A DNA stretch of 64,000 nucleotides from Bordetella sp. (GTDB taxonomy: Bacteria; Pseudomonadota; Gammaproteobacteria; Burkholderiales; Burkholderiaceae_B): the NCBI GenBank assembly GCA_036404015.1, contig DASWPO010000093.1:4165-68164 (forward strand). Reading direction: 5' to 3'. The notes beneath the pieces are model-generated. The model was not told where the DNA came from. It did not search any database and saw only the letters and a program-made list of their open reading frames with translations. Positions 47,434 to 55,561 of the stretch are shown piece by piece. Numbering within the stretch: position 1 is the first letter of the stretch; the number at the start of each line of letters is the position of its first letter. The position numbers and the translations under genes were made by a program.

Positions 47434-48198
47434 ATGCTCATTACACCCAGTTCCGGCACGTTCCCGCGGCCTTCCGCGATGGTCGTATGGGGAGCGGGAG
47501 ACGCGTCAAGCGCGCATCGGCACCACAGCGTTCAACTTATCCTCGCGCTGGCTGGGAACCTTCGCATTCGCGGTGGCGAGGGTGAGCCCTGGCACTGCTG
47601 CGACGGCGCGCTGGTGCGCGCGGACGCGCTGCACGAAGTGGACGCACGCGGCGCCACGGTACTGATCGGTTTCATCGAGCCGGAAAGCCGGCTGGGCGCA
47701 GCCTTGGCGGAACGTATTGCTGCGGATATCACCCATCTCCCGGCGGACGAGGCAGCACGCTGGCGCAGCACGATCTTCGCGGCCGGTTCGCCGCCGGGCG
47801 ATGAGAAAATCAAGAGGTGGCTCGAGGCAGACCTGCTTGACGGTCGTCCCCAACCTACCCTACACCCAGGCGTGAGTCGCGTCCTTCGCCACGTCCGCCA
47901 CCACCTGCAGGAGCCCGACGCGCTATCGCTAAGCGCTCTAGCCGTCGTTGCCGGCCTTTCGCCATCGCGGCTGATGCACGCCTTTACCGCCTCGATGGGG
48001 ATTGCGCTGCGCCCCTACCTGCTCTGGTCGCGCTTGCAACTAGCCTGCGGAGAACTCATGCGCGGCGCCAGCACGACCGAGGCGGCGTTGCAAGCCGGAT
48101 TCGCCGATGCGGCCCATTTGAGTCGTACCTGCCGGCGCATGCTCGGAACCACGCCAACGGCGATCGCCGCCAGCAAGGCGCGCAGCAATATTGATTAA
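47434..48198 (+). CDS. AraC family transcriptional regulator
   Basis: Cupin HRHHSVQ; GLSPSRLMHAF, AGFADAAHLSRTCRRMLG. Confidence 0.9.
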   Translation: MLITPSSGTFPRPSAMVVWGAGDASSAHRHHSVQLILALAGNLRIRGGEGEPWHCCDGALVRADALHEVDARGATVLIGFIEPESRLGAALAERIAADITHLPADEAARWRSTIFAAGSPPGDEKIKRWLEADLLDGRPQPTLHPGVSRVLRHVRHHLQEPDALSLSALAVVAGLSPSRLMHAFTASMGIALRPYLLWSRLQLACGELMRGASTTEAALQAGFADAAHLSRTCRRMLGTTPTAIAASKARSNID

Positions 48199-48252
48199 CC
48201 CGCCCGCCGGTTGGCGATCGGACGCGCTGTGCCAAAACCTGCATCCAAACGC

Positions 48253-48292
48253 AAAACAAGGCCCTATATCGTTAAATATAGGGCCTTGTTTT
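48253..48292. terminator. Bidirectional rho-independent terminator
   Basis: Perfect 17-bp stem AAAACAAGGCCCTATAT / ATATAGGGCCTTGTTTT with 6-nt loop, between araC and the tRNA remnant. Confidence 0.85.
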
Positions 48293-48303
48293 TAATGGGA
48301 ATC

Positions 48304-48359
<56 letters not shown>

Positions 48360-48439
48360 TTCAGTCTTATGGCCGTAGACCCGCATGAATAAAGGCTTTG
48401 CGGGCATTAGCCGGGTAGGGACGCTAACGCAAGGTGCCA

Positions 48440-48667
48440 ACCAGAACTTCAAACCCCTGGCCAGTGGGTTGGAGCTAAACGGCGTGCGGGCAGTGCTTGC
48501 CATGGTGAGCGCGGGGCTCGGGTTATCGGTGATCCAGTTGTCCGAACCCAACATCTCCCAGCTTTTTCCCGTGGGTGTGGTGGCGCTGCCCGACCCGCCC
48601 ATGATCCAATTCTCGCTGCTGTTTCGCGCCAGCGACGAACACAGTCGCGCGCTGATCGCTATCCGGG
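48440..48667 (+). pseudogene. LysR 3'-end fragment, ~92% identical to 28131..28358
   Basis: FKPLASGLELNGVRAVLAMVSAGLGLSVIQLSE...RASDEHSRALIAIR; no HTH. Confidence 0.9.
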
Positions 48668-48782
48668 TAGCGGGACGGGGATGGGAAGAAAACTATGCGG
48701 CCTTGCGGTTGTCTTCGGCAACGGCGTCTTGCTTTCCTCGGACAAAGACTATCCAGGCATTCGACGCGCTAAATATCACCTT

Positions 48783-48848
48783 ATATCAAAATTAGATGGG
48801 GATGTGAGATTTCCGAATTGGCGTCCTAATTTACGACAGCCCTAGAAT
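48783..48848 (+). promoter_or_regulatory. LysR-type promoter A (box, -35, -10) for SBP-hydantoinase operon
   Basis: ATATCAAAAttagAT-N17-gaat-TGGCGT-N18-TAGAAT; same layout as 62444..62508 and 63414..63478. Confidence 0.65.
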
Positions 48849-48946
48849 GGGTTAAGCGAAAAATGAAAACAGCAAGATGTTGACATTGGCGATGATTCTG
48901 CTGCGGCTAGTTCTCTATGCGAATCATGATCTCAAGGGGAAATCAG

Positions 48947-50476
48947 ATGAAAAGCAGTAGAAGAGACTTTCTCACGACGTTAGCTGCGACTGCGACAGTC
49001 GGCACGATGCTTCCGGGATATTCGTTGGCGGCCGAGACTCCGAAAAGGGGTGGGCACGTGCGTATGGCAATCCAGAATGGATCAGTGGCAGACACGCTAG
49101 ACCCTGCGAAAGGCATACATTCAGGTGATTTCACTAAGCAGTTCTGTCTATTCAATGCGCTGACCGAATTCAACAATTCGTTGACGGCGGAGTTGGCGCT
49201 TGCTGAACATCTGGAAAGTACCGATGGTTCAAACTGGCATATCTTGCTGAAGCAAGGAGTGCACTTTCACAATGGTGATGAGCTGACGGCCGAAGACGTG
49301 GTCTTTTCTTTGGCTAGGCATAAAGATCCGGCTACGGCATCCAAGGTTTTTTCAATTGCGAGCAATTTCAAGGAAATTAAAGCCGTAGGCAAATACGAGG
49401 TAATGCTTGCATTGGAGCAGCCAAACTTTGATTTGCCTTTGATCTTGGGGAGTAGCTTCTTCCTTATCATCAAAAACGGGACCAAAGATTTTACAAAGCC
49501 AGTGGGCACAGGCCCATACTTGGTCGACACCTTTGTGCCGGGCGGGGGGTTTTCGGCAAAGCGCAACCCCAACTATTGGAAAACAGGGCTGCCGTATCTG
49601 GATTCCGTAGAGATAATCGGTGTGCCTGATAACGCTGCCCGAGTGAATGCGGTACTGGCCGGCGATGTCGATATCTGCTCGTTGGTGGATCATCGATATG
49701 CGGATCAGGTCAAAGGCAATAATAATGTCCAGTTGATTGTCAACAAGCTCGGAATCTATACGGATTTGATTCTGCGGCAGGATCACCCGATAACCGGAAA
49801 TCCAGATTTCGTTTCCGCGGTACGCTACCTGCAGGATCGCAACCGGCTCGTTAACACTGCCATGCGGACATATGGCCTTGTTGGGAACGACCATCCTGTC
49901 GCTCCATGGGATCCATATTTTTTGGAGGGTCTGCCGCAGAGATCATTCGACTTGGATAAAGCAAAATACTTCATCAAGAAAAGTGGCCTCGCAGGTCAAT
50001 CGATGGAGGTCATTTGCCAGCCTGGGCTTTCTCCTTCCGTCGAAGGGGCCCTTTTTTTGCAGAGTTTGGGTGAGCAAGTGGGTTTCAATTTCATAGTCAA
50101 GCAAGTCCCGGTTGAAGGTTATTGGGCGAATTATTGGACAAAATATCCCATCACCTATGGTTCGGTGACAAATCGTCCTACTGTGGGAATGATCTTCGAA
50201 CTTTATTATGGATCGAAGTCGCCTTTGAACGAGGCCAAGTGGCGTGACCCCAAGCTTGACCAATTGTTGACTTCTGCTTATGCGGAAGGAGATTTCAAGA
50301 AGCGCAAAGCCATCTATGGTGATCTCCAAACTTTGGTTCATGAGAGTGCGGGGACTCTTGTTCCAGTATTCGATGTGATACTGGATGGGGTTTCGACGAC
50401 GGTGCGTGGTTACTACACTAGGCCGTCGGGTATGAATATGGGGTTCCGTTTTGCCGAGGTGGTATGGCGTGTTTAA
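48947..50476 (+). CDS. Peptide/nickel-type (family 5) ABC substrate-binding protein, Tat signal
   Basis: SRRDFL signal; GVHFHNG..LTAEDV.FS, PVGTGPY, RNPNYWK. Confidence 0.92.
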   Translation: MKSSRRDFLTTLAATATVGTMLPGYSLAAETPKRGGHVRMAIQNGSVADTLDPAKGIHSGDFTKQFCLFNALTEFNNSLTAELALAEHLESTDGSNWHILLKQGVHFHNGDELTAEDVVFSLARHKDPATASKVFSIASNFKEIKAVGKYEVMLALEQPNFDLPLILGSSFFLIIKNGTKDFTKPVGTGPYLVDTFVPGGGFSAKRNPNYWKTGLPYLDSVEIIGVPDNAARVNAVLAGDVDICSLVDHRYADQVKGNNNVQLIVNKLGIYTDLILRQDHPITGNPDFVSAVRYLQDRNRLVNTAMRTYGLVGNDHPVAPWDPYFLEGLPQRSFDLDKAKYFIKKSGLAGQSMEVICQPGLSPSVEGALFLQSLGEQVGFNFIVKQVPVEGYWANYWTKYPITYGSVTNRPTVGMIFELYYGSKSPLNEAKWRDPKLDQLLTSAYAEGDFKKRKAIYGDLQTLVHESAGTLVPVFDVILDGVSTTVRGYYTRPSGMNMGFRFAEVVWRV

Positions 50477-50521
50477 TACACAATATTCGATCGAACCCGC
50501 AGTGGCTTCCAGTTGAGTGAC

Positions 50522-52570
50522 ATGATTTCTATTTCTGCAGATGTGGGTGGTACGTTCACCGACCTTGTGCTTGTCGATACTGAATCGAATTTGCGCCTGG
50601 TTGAAAAAGTCCCTTCGCAAAAGGGAACGGCGGCAGCCGTGCTGGAAGGCATCGGTCTGCTTTTGGCTAGATCGGGCAAAAAGGCAAGCGATATCACGAG
50701 GTTCATCCACGGCTCGACAATCGCTACCAACGCCTGGTTGACGCGCAACGGCACGCCTAGCGCGTTGCTAGTCTCCCGCGGTTTCAGGGATACGCTGGAA
50801 ATCAAAGATCAGCGGCGCAAGCATCTGTACAAGCTTGATGATCGCCGCGCGTCGCCCCTGATACCAAGATCCCGGGTAATCGAAGTGGCGGAGCGGATCG
50901 ATGCACTGGGCCATGTCGTGCTTGAGTTGACCCAAGCCGAGGTCGAAAGAATAGGCAAGATCGTCGCTGCCTTGGGTGTCGAAAGCGTTGCCATCTCCCT
51001 TTTGTTCAGTCACCTGAATCCCAGGCACGAGCGGCTGCTTGCCAAGTCGCTTGTTGATCGATGCCAAGGTCTACTAGTGTATTGCTCGTCCGAGATCAAT
51101 CCCCAGCTTGGCGAATATCCTCGCGCGAATACGACGGCAGCGGCGAGCTATGTCGGACCGGAACTGCAACGCTATTTGCTTTCTCTCGAACAGGGGCTGC
51201 AGGAAATGGGTTTTTCATTTCCGCTTCTTCTGATGCGCAGCGATGGCGGAGTCGCCACGCTGCGTGCTGTGTTGGCGAATCCTGCGACCATGTTGCTGTC
51301 CGGGCCTGCCGGTGGTGTGGTCGCATCGCTGGACCTAGCTCGTCGCGCGGGTGTGCGCAATGTGATCACATTTGACATGGGCGGTACGTCGGCGGACTTT
51401 TCCCTGATTTACCAACAATCTATCGGGACATCGTCAGAGCGCGTGGTTGATGACCAGATCCTGCGGGTTCCCATGCTCGATATTGAAACCATCTCGGCTG
51501 GAGGTGGATCCATTGCTTCCGTCGATCATGCCGGTGCGCTCCACGTCGGTCCCCAGTCGGCCGGTTCCTATCCCGGGCCGGCATGTTATGGCAGGGGAGG
51601 AAAGTTGCCGGCATTGACGGATGCGCTCGCTGCCCTGGGCATCCTGCAACCCGCGGACTTTGAACATGCTCAGACGACCCTTTCGGCCAACGCAGCGCGG
51701 GAAGCGATCGAAAAGGAAGTCGCGATTCCTCTTGGTTTGTCCGCGGATGAGTCGGCGTATGGCATGATTGCCGTTGCCTGCGCGCATATGCGTCAAGCGA
51801 TTCGTGGGCTTACAGTCGAGCGTGGCCATGATCTGCGAGATTTTTCACTGGCGGCTTTTGGCGGTGCCGGGCCCATATTTGCGGCATTCATGCTTATGGA
51901 TCTCGAAGTACGAGAAGTCCTGGTTCCACCGAATGCGGGTGTGTTCTCTGCATGCGGACTATTGATGGCGGATGTGCGACACCAGTTCCAACAGCCGTTC
52001 AGTGCAGGCCTGGATGATGATCACAGGATGGATCTACGCGAGCAGATCCGGAAACTGCATGAGAAAGCCGAGATTGCATTGAAGGAAGACAATGTTCTTC
52101 CGCATAAACGGCAAGTCTTTATGTCGGCAGATCTCCGCTATGTTGGCCAGTTTCATGTGGTTCGAGTGCCTTTTGAGGTGACTGAAGACAGCATCTGGGA
52201 TGCTTCCGCCTTGAAAGAACGCTTTCACGACCTGCACGAAAAGACCTTCGGACACTGCAATCGCAGTGGTTCGATAGAAAGCGTGAACCTTCGCGTAGAG
52301 GGGGTCGGAATGATCGATCAATTGGACTCCCCTGGTAAGGAAAAGGCCATGGATCACGCTCCGGCCCCTGTTGGAGTGCGCTCGATCGTCATGGATCGGA
52401 TGGGAACGCGTACGAACTGTCCTGTATTCGAGCGTGACCAACTTTTACCGGGGCATGTCCTGGTCGGTCCTGCAGTTGTTCGCCAGCGGGATACCACTAT
52501 CTATCTATTGAAAGGGCAGTGTGCTTCTGTCGATGCACAGGGCGTGATCAGTATCCGCATGCAAGGCTGA
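50522..52570 (+). CDS. hyuA: Hydantoinase/oxoprolinase A subunit (ATP-binding)
   Basis: DVGGTFTD, HGSTIATNA, LSGPAGG, DMGGTS, SAGGGSIA, GPQSAGS.PGPACYG, FGGAGP. Confidence 0.92.
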   Translation: MISISADVGGTFTDLVLVDTESNLRLVEKVPSQKGTAAAVLEGIGLLLARSGKKASDITRFIHGSTIATNAWLTRNGTPSALLVSRGFRDTLEIKDQRRKHLYKLDDRRASPLIPRSRVIEVAERIDALGHVVLELTQAEVERIGKIVAALGVESVAISLLFSHLNPRHERLLAKSLVDRCQGLLVYCSSEINPQLGEYPRANTTAAASYVGPELQRYLLSLEQGLQEMGFSFPLLLMRSDGGVATLRAVLANPATMLLSGPAGGVVASLDLARRAGVRNVITFDMGGTSADFSLIYQQSIGTSSERVVDDQILRVPMLDIETISAGGGSIASVDHAGALHVGPQSAGSYPGPACYGRGGKLPALTDALAALGILQPADFEHAQTTLSANAAREAIEKEVAIPLGLSADESAYGMIAVACAHMRQAIRGLTVERGHDLRDFSLAAFGGAGPIFAAFMLMDLEVREVLVPPNAGVFSACGLLMADVRHQFQQPFSAGLDDDHRMDLREQIRKLHEKAEIALKEDNVLPHKRQVFMSADLRYVGQFHVVRVPFEVTEDSIWDASALKERFHDLHEKTFGHCNRSGSIESVNLRVEGVGMIDQLDSPGKEKAMDHAPAPVGVRSIVMDRMGTRTNCPVFERDQLLPGHVLVGPAVVRQRDTTIYLLKGQCASVDAQGVISIRMQG

Positions 52571-52575
52571 AAACA

Positions 52576-54246
52576 ATGAAGAGAGTATTCAACTCGATTG
52601 ACCGAGATATTTTTCAGGGCCAGTTGTTGGGTGTGGCAGAGGAAATGTCGAAGGCGCTAAGGCGTAGCGCTTACTCCCCGATCATCTGGGACATGTACGA
52701 TTATTCCTGTGCGATCCTGACCGTAGATGGCGAGATTCTGTCGCAGGCAGAAACGATCCCGGCCCAATTGGGGACGATGGCGACAGCTTTTCATGGCGTA
52801 AGCAGTGAGATTCCTCTCGATCAGTGGGATGAGGGCGACATCCTCATCTGCAATGACCCCTACAGAGGCTGCGCTCACACCTCGGATCTCACGCTGTTCA
52901 GTCCCGTTTTCAACGCTGGCGAATTAATTGCGATTGCCTCCACTATTGCGCATCATATTGATGTCGGGGGCAGCGTTCCAGGGACTGTTTCGCTCGAGCA
53001 TGTTGACCTGCTCTCGGAAGGGCTCGTCATACCGCCGGTCAAGCTCGTGGTGGCTGGGGAAATCAGCCGTTTCGTGCTGGACCTATTCAAATCCAATATT
53101 CGTTATGCCGAACCTAGTCTCGGAGACCTATACGCCCAGATTTCCGGATGCCGCATTGCCGAGCGGCGTATTACGGAACTAGCGCGCAGATATGGTAATG
53201 AAGGCTTTGCCGAGCTTGCCACCGCTGTCCTCGATTACGGGGATCGTTATACGCGAGAGATGATCCGTAAATTGCCAGATGCCACGTTCGAGGCGACTAC
53301 CTTGATCGAAGATGGCATCGTTTCTTCAGATCCTGTGATACTCAAAGCATCGCTGACCGTATCCGGAGATTCTCTTGCCATCGATTTCACTGGGACAAGT
53401 GACCAACGTTCGTTTGGCCTGAACTGTCCATGGGCCTCGACCGTTTCGATGGTGATGTATGCGGTTAAATGTGTGACCGCGTCGGAGATTCCATCCAACG
53501 GCGGCTGTAGCCGGTCCTTGAAAATAACGGCACCCGAGGGTTCTGTTCTGAATCCGAAGTGGCCCGGTGCCGTTAGCGCTCGCCACTTGTCGCAGCAGGC
53601 CGTGGCAGACGTCGTTTTGAAAGCATTTGCGCTGGCGACGCCTGAACTGGGCTCCGCCGCTAGCCAGATTTCCTATCCGACTTTCCGGGTCGAGGGGGTG
53701 GACGATAGAGTCGGGCATAAACGGCGCAAGTATTTCATAGCAGATATTCTCGGTGGCGGTGCGGGAGCGAGCGCGAAAGTAGATGGCATGGATGCGATTG
53801 ACACGCATGGCGGCAATTGCGCCGTGCTATCGGCCGAAGTGATGGAAACCCTGGCTCCAGTTCGTGTCCTGCGCAGCACGCTCGTTCAGGATTCCGGCGG
53901 TATGGGCAAGTTCCGTGGCGGTCTGGCGATGGAGCGGGATTATGAGATTCTTTCGTCTTCTGCAATCGGAGCCGTCAAGCTGCAGCAACTGGATGTGAAT
54001 ACCGCACCATGGGGATTTCTGGGTGGGGGAGATGGGGCAACTGGCTTCTCAGTGCTACATCCGGACACTGGTCTTGCGAAAAACATCCCGTTTCGCGGGG
54101 AACGCATAACGTATCACAGGGGGGATGTCATACGCGTGCGAAGTGCGGGAGGGGGGGGCTACGGGAATCCAGAGCAACGCCATCAATCCGATCATGAGCA
54201 CGATCTATCCGAGGGGTATGTGTCCACCCATTCCGGCTCACAATGA
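52576..54246 (+). CDS. hyuB: Hydantoinase B/oxoprolinase subunit
   Basis: SAYSPII, NDPYRGCAHTSD, HHIDVGGSVPG, DSGGMGKFRGG, GGGGYGNP. Confidence 0.92.
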   Translation: MKRVFNSIDRDIFQGQLLGVAEEMSKALRRSAYSPIIWDMYDYSCAILTVDGEILSQAETIPAQLGTMATAFHGVSSEIPLDQWDEGDILICNDPYRGCAHTSDLTLFSPVFNAGELIAIASTIAHHIDVGGSVPGTVSLEHVDLLSEGLVIPPVKLVVAGEISRFVLDLFKSNIRYAEPSLGDLYAQISGCRIAERRITELARRYGNEGFAELATAVLDYGDRYTREMIRKLPDATFEATTLIEDGIVSSDPVILKASLTVSGDSLAIDFTGTSDQRSFGLNCPWASTVSMVMYAVKCVTASEIPSNGGCSRSLKITAPEGSVLNPKWPGAVSARHLSQQAVADVVLKAFALATPELGSAASQISYPTFRVEGVDDRVGHKRRKYFIADILGGGAGASAKVDGMDAIDTHGGNCAVLSAEVMETLAPVRVLRSTLVQDSGGMGKFRGGLAMERDYEILSSSAIGAVKLQQLDVNTAPWGFLGGGDGATGFSVLHPDTGLAKNIPFRGERITYHRGDVIRVRSAGGGGYGNPEQRHQSDHEHDLSEGYVSTHSGSQ

Positions 54247-54274
54247 CGAAAGGGTGGTTTGCCTGAGAGCAAGA

Positions 54275-55561
54275 TTAATTTTTCCGGGCTTGCCTTATGG
54301 CGCCATGCAAGATAGCTAGTGCTTCCTGTGCCAGTTCCAGCGGCGTGTTCAGCGGTGCGAGCAGGCGTACGGTGTTGCGATGCACGCCGCACTTGATCAC
54401 CAGCAACCCGTCTTTGCGGCACTGGTCGATCACAGCTTGAGCGAAATCGGCGTCGGGCTGGAAGGGGTCGCCATCGCGCACGAATTCTAGGCCCAGCATG
54501 GGGCCTTGGCCGCGCACGGTGCCGATTTCCTTGAACTCGGCGGCCAGCTTGTCCAGGGCGGCACGCAGCGTCTCGCCCAAGACGCGGCCTTGCTCCAACA
54601 CATTCTCTTCTTCAAAGACGTCCAGCACGGCCAGCGCGGCGGCGCAGGCCAGCGGGTTGCCCGCATAGGTGCCGCCCAGGCCGCCCGGCGTGGGCGCGTC
54701 CATGATCTCGGCACGGCCCACCACGCCCGACAGCGGCAGGCCGCCGGCCAGGCTCTTGGCCACGGTGACGAGGTCGGGCTGGATGCCGGCGCTTTGGAAG
54801 CCGAACATCTCGCCGGTGCGGCCGAAGCCAGCCTGGATTTCGTCGCTGATGAGCAAGATGCCGTGCTTCTTGGTCAGCGCGCGCAGGGCCTGCAGGAACT
54901 CCTCGCCGGCCGGCAGGAAGCCGCCGTCGCCTTGCACGGGTTCGAGGATGATGGCGGCCACGCGTTCGGGCAGGATCTGCGTGGCGAACAGGTCGTCGAG
55001 CGCGTGCAGGGCATTGTCGCTGGAGACGCCGCGGTAGGGGTCGGGGTAGGGCGTGTGGTAGACCTCGCCGGCGAAGGGGCCGAAGTTCTGGCGGTAAGGC
55101 GCGCTAAAGCCGGTCAGCGTCGAGCCCAGCAGGGTGCGGCCGTGGAAGCCCCCACGGAAAGCGATGATGCCCGGCACGTTGCGGTAGGCGCGGGCGATCT
55201 TGATGGCGTTCTCGACAGCTTCGGCGCCGGTGGTGACGAGCAGAGTCTTGTAGGGTTCGCCGCCGCTGACCAGCTTATTGAGCTTGGCGGCCAGGTCGAC
55301 GTAGACGTCATAGCCCGCCACCTGAAAGGCGGCGTGCGAAACGCGTTCGAGTTGCTTGTGCACGGCCTGCACGACCTTGGGGTGGTTGTGGCCGATATTC
55401 TGCACGCCGATGCCGCCCACGAAGTCGATGTAGCGGCGGCCGTCGACGTCCCAGAGCAGCGAGCCTTGTGCCTTCTCGGCGAAGATGGGATGCGCTGTGA
55501 CGACGCCTTGCGGCACGTTCTGGACGCGGGATGCGATGTGGGCTTGGTTGCTGCGGGTCAT
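54275..55561 (-). CDS. gabT: 4-aminobutyrate / 5-aminovalerate aminotransferase (class III)
   Basis: YIDFVGGIGV.NIGH, TGAEAVENAIK, EPVQGDGGF, DEIQAGFGRTG, AKSLAGGLPLS, GGTYAGNP. Confidence 0.93.
   Translation of the reverse strand: MTRSNQAHIASRVQNVPQGVVTAHPIFAEKAQGSLLWDVDGRRYIDFVGGIGVQNIGHNHPKVVQAVHKQLERVSHAAFQVAGYDVYVDLAAKLNKLVSGGEPYKTLLVTTGAEAVENAIKIARAYRNVPGIIAFRGGFHGRTLLGSTLTGFSAPYRQNFGPFAGEVYHTPYPDPYRGVSSDNALHALDDLFATQILPERVAAIILEPVQGDGGFLPAGEEFLQALRALTKKHGILLISDEIQAGFGRTGEMFGFQSAGIQPDLVTVAKSLAGGLPLSGVVGRAEIMDAPTPGGLGGTYAGNPLACAAALAVLDVFEEENVLEQGRVLGETLRAALDKLAAEFKEIGTVRGQGPMLGLEFVRDGDPFQPDADFAQAVIDQCRKDGLLVIKCGVHRNTVRLLAPLNTPLELAQEALAILHGAIRQARKN

Noticed and set aside
48385-48795. 136-aa ORF as a functional gene
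   Set aside because: It is a LysR C-terminal fragment with unrelated flanks and no DNA-binding domain
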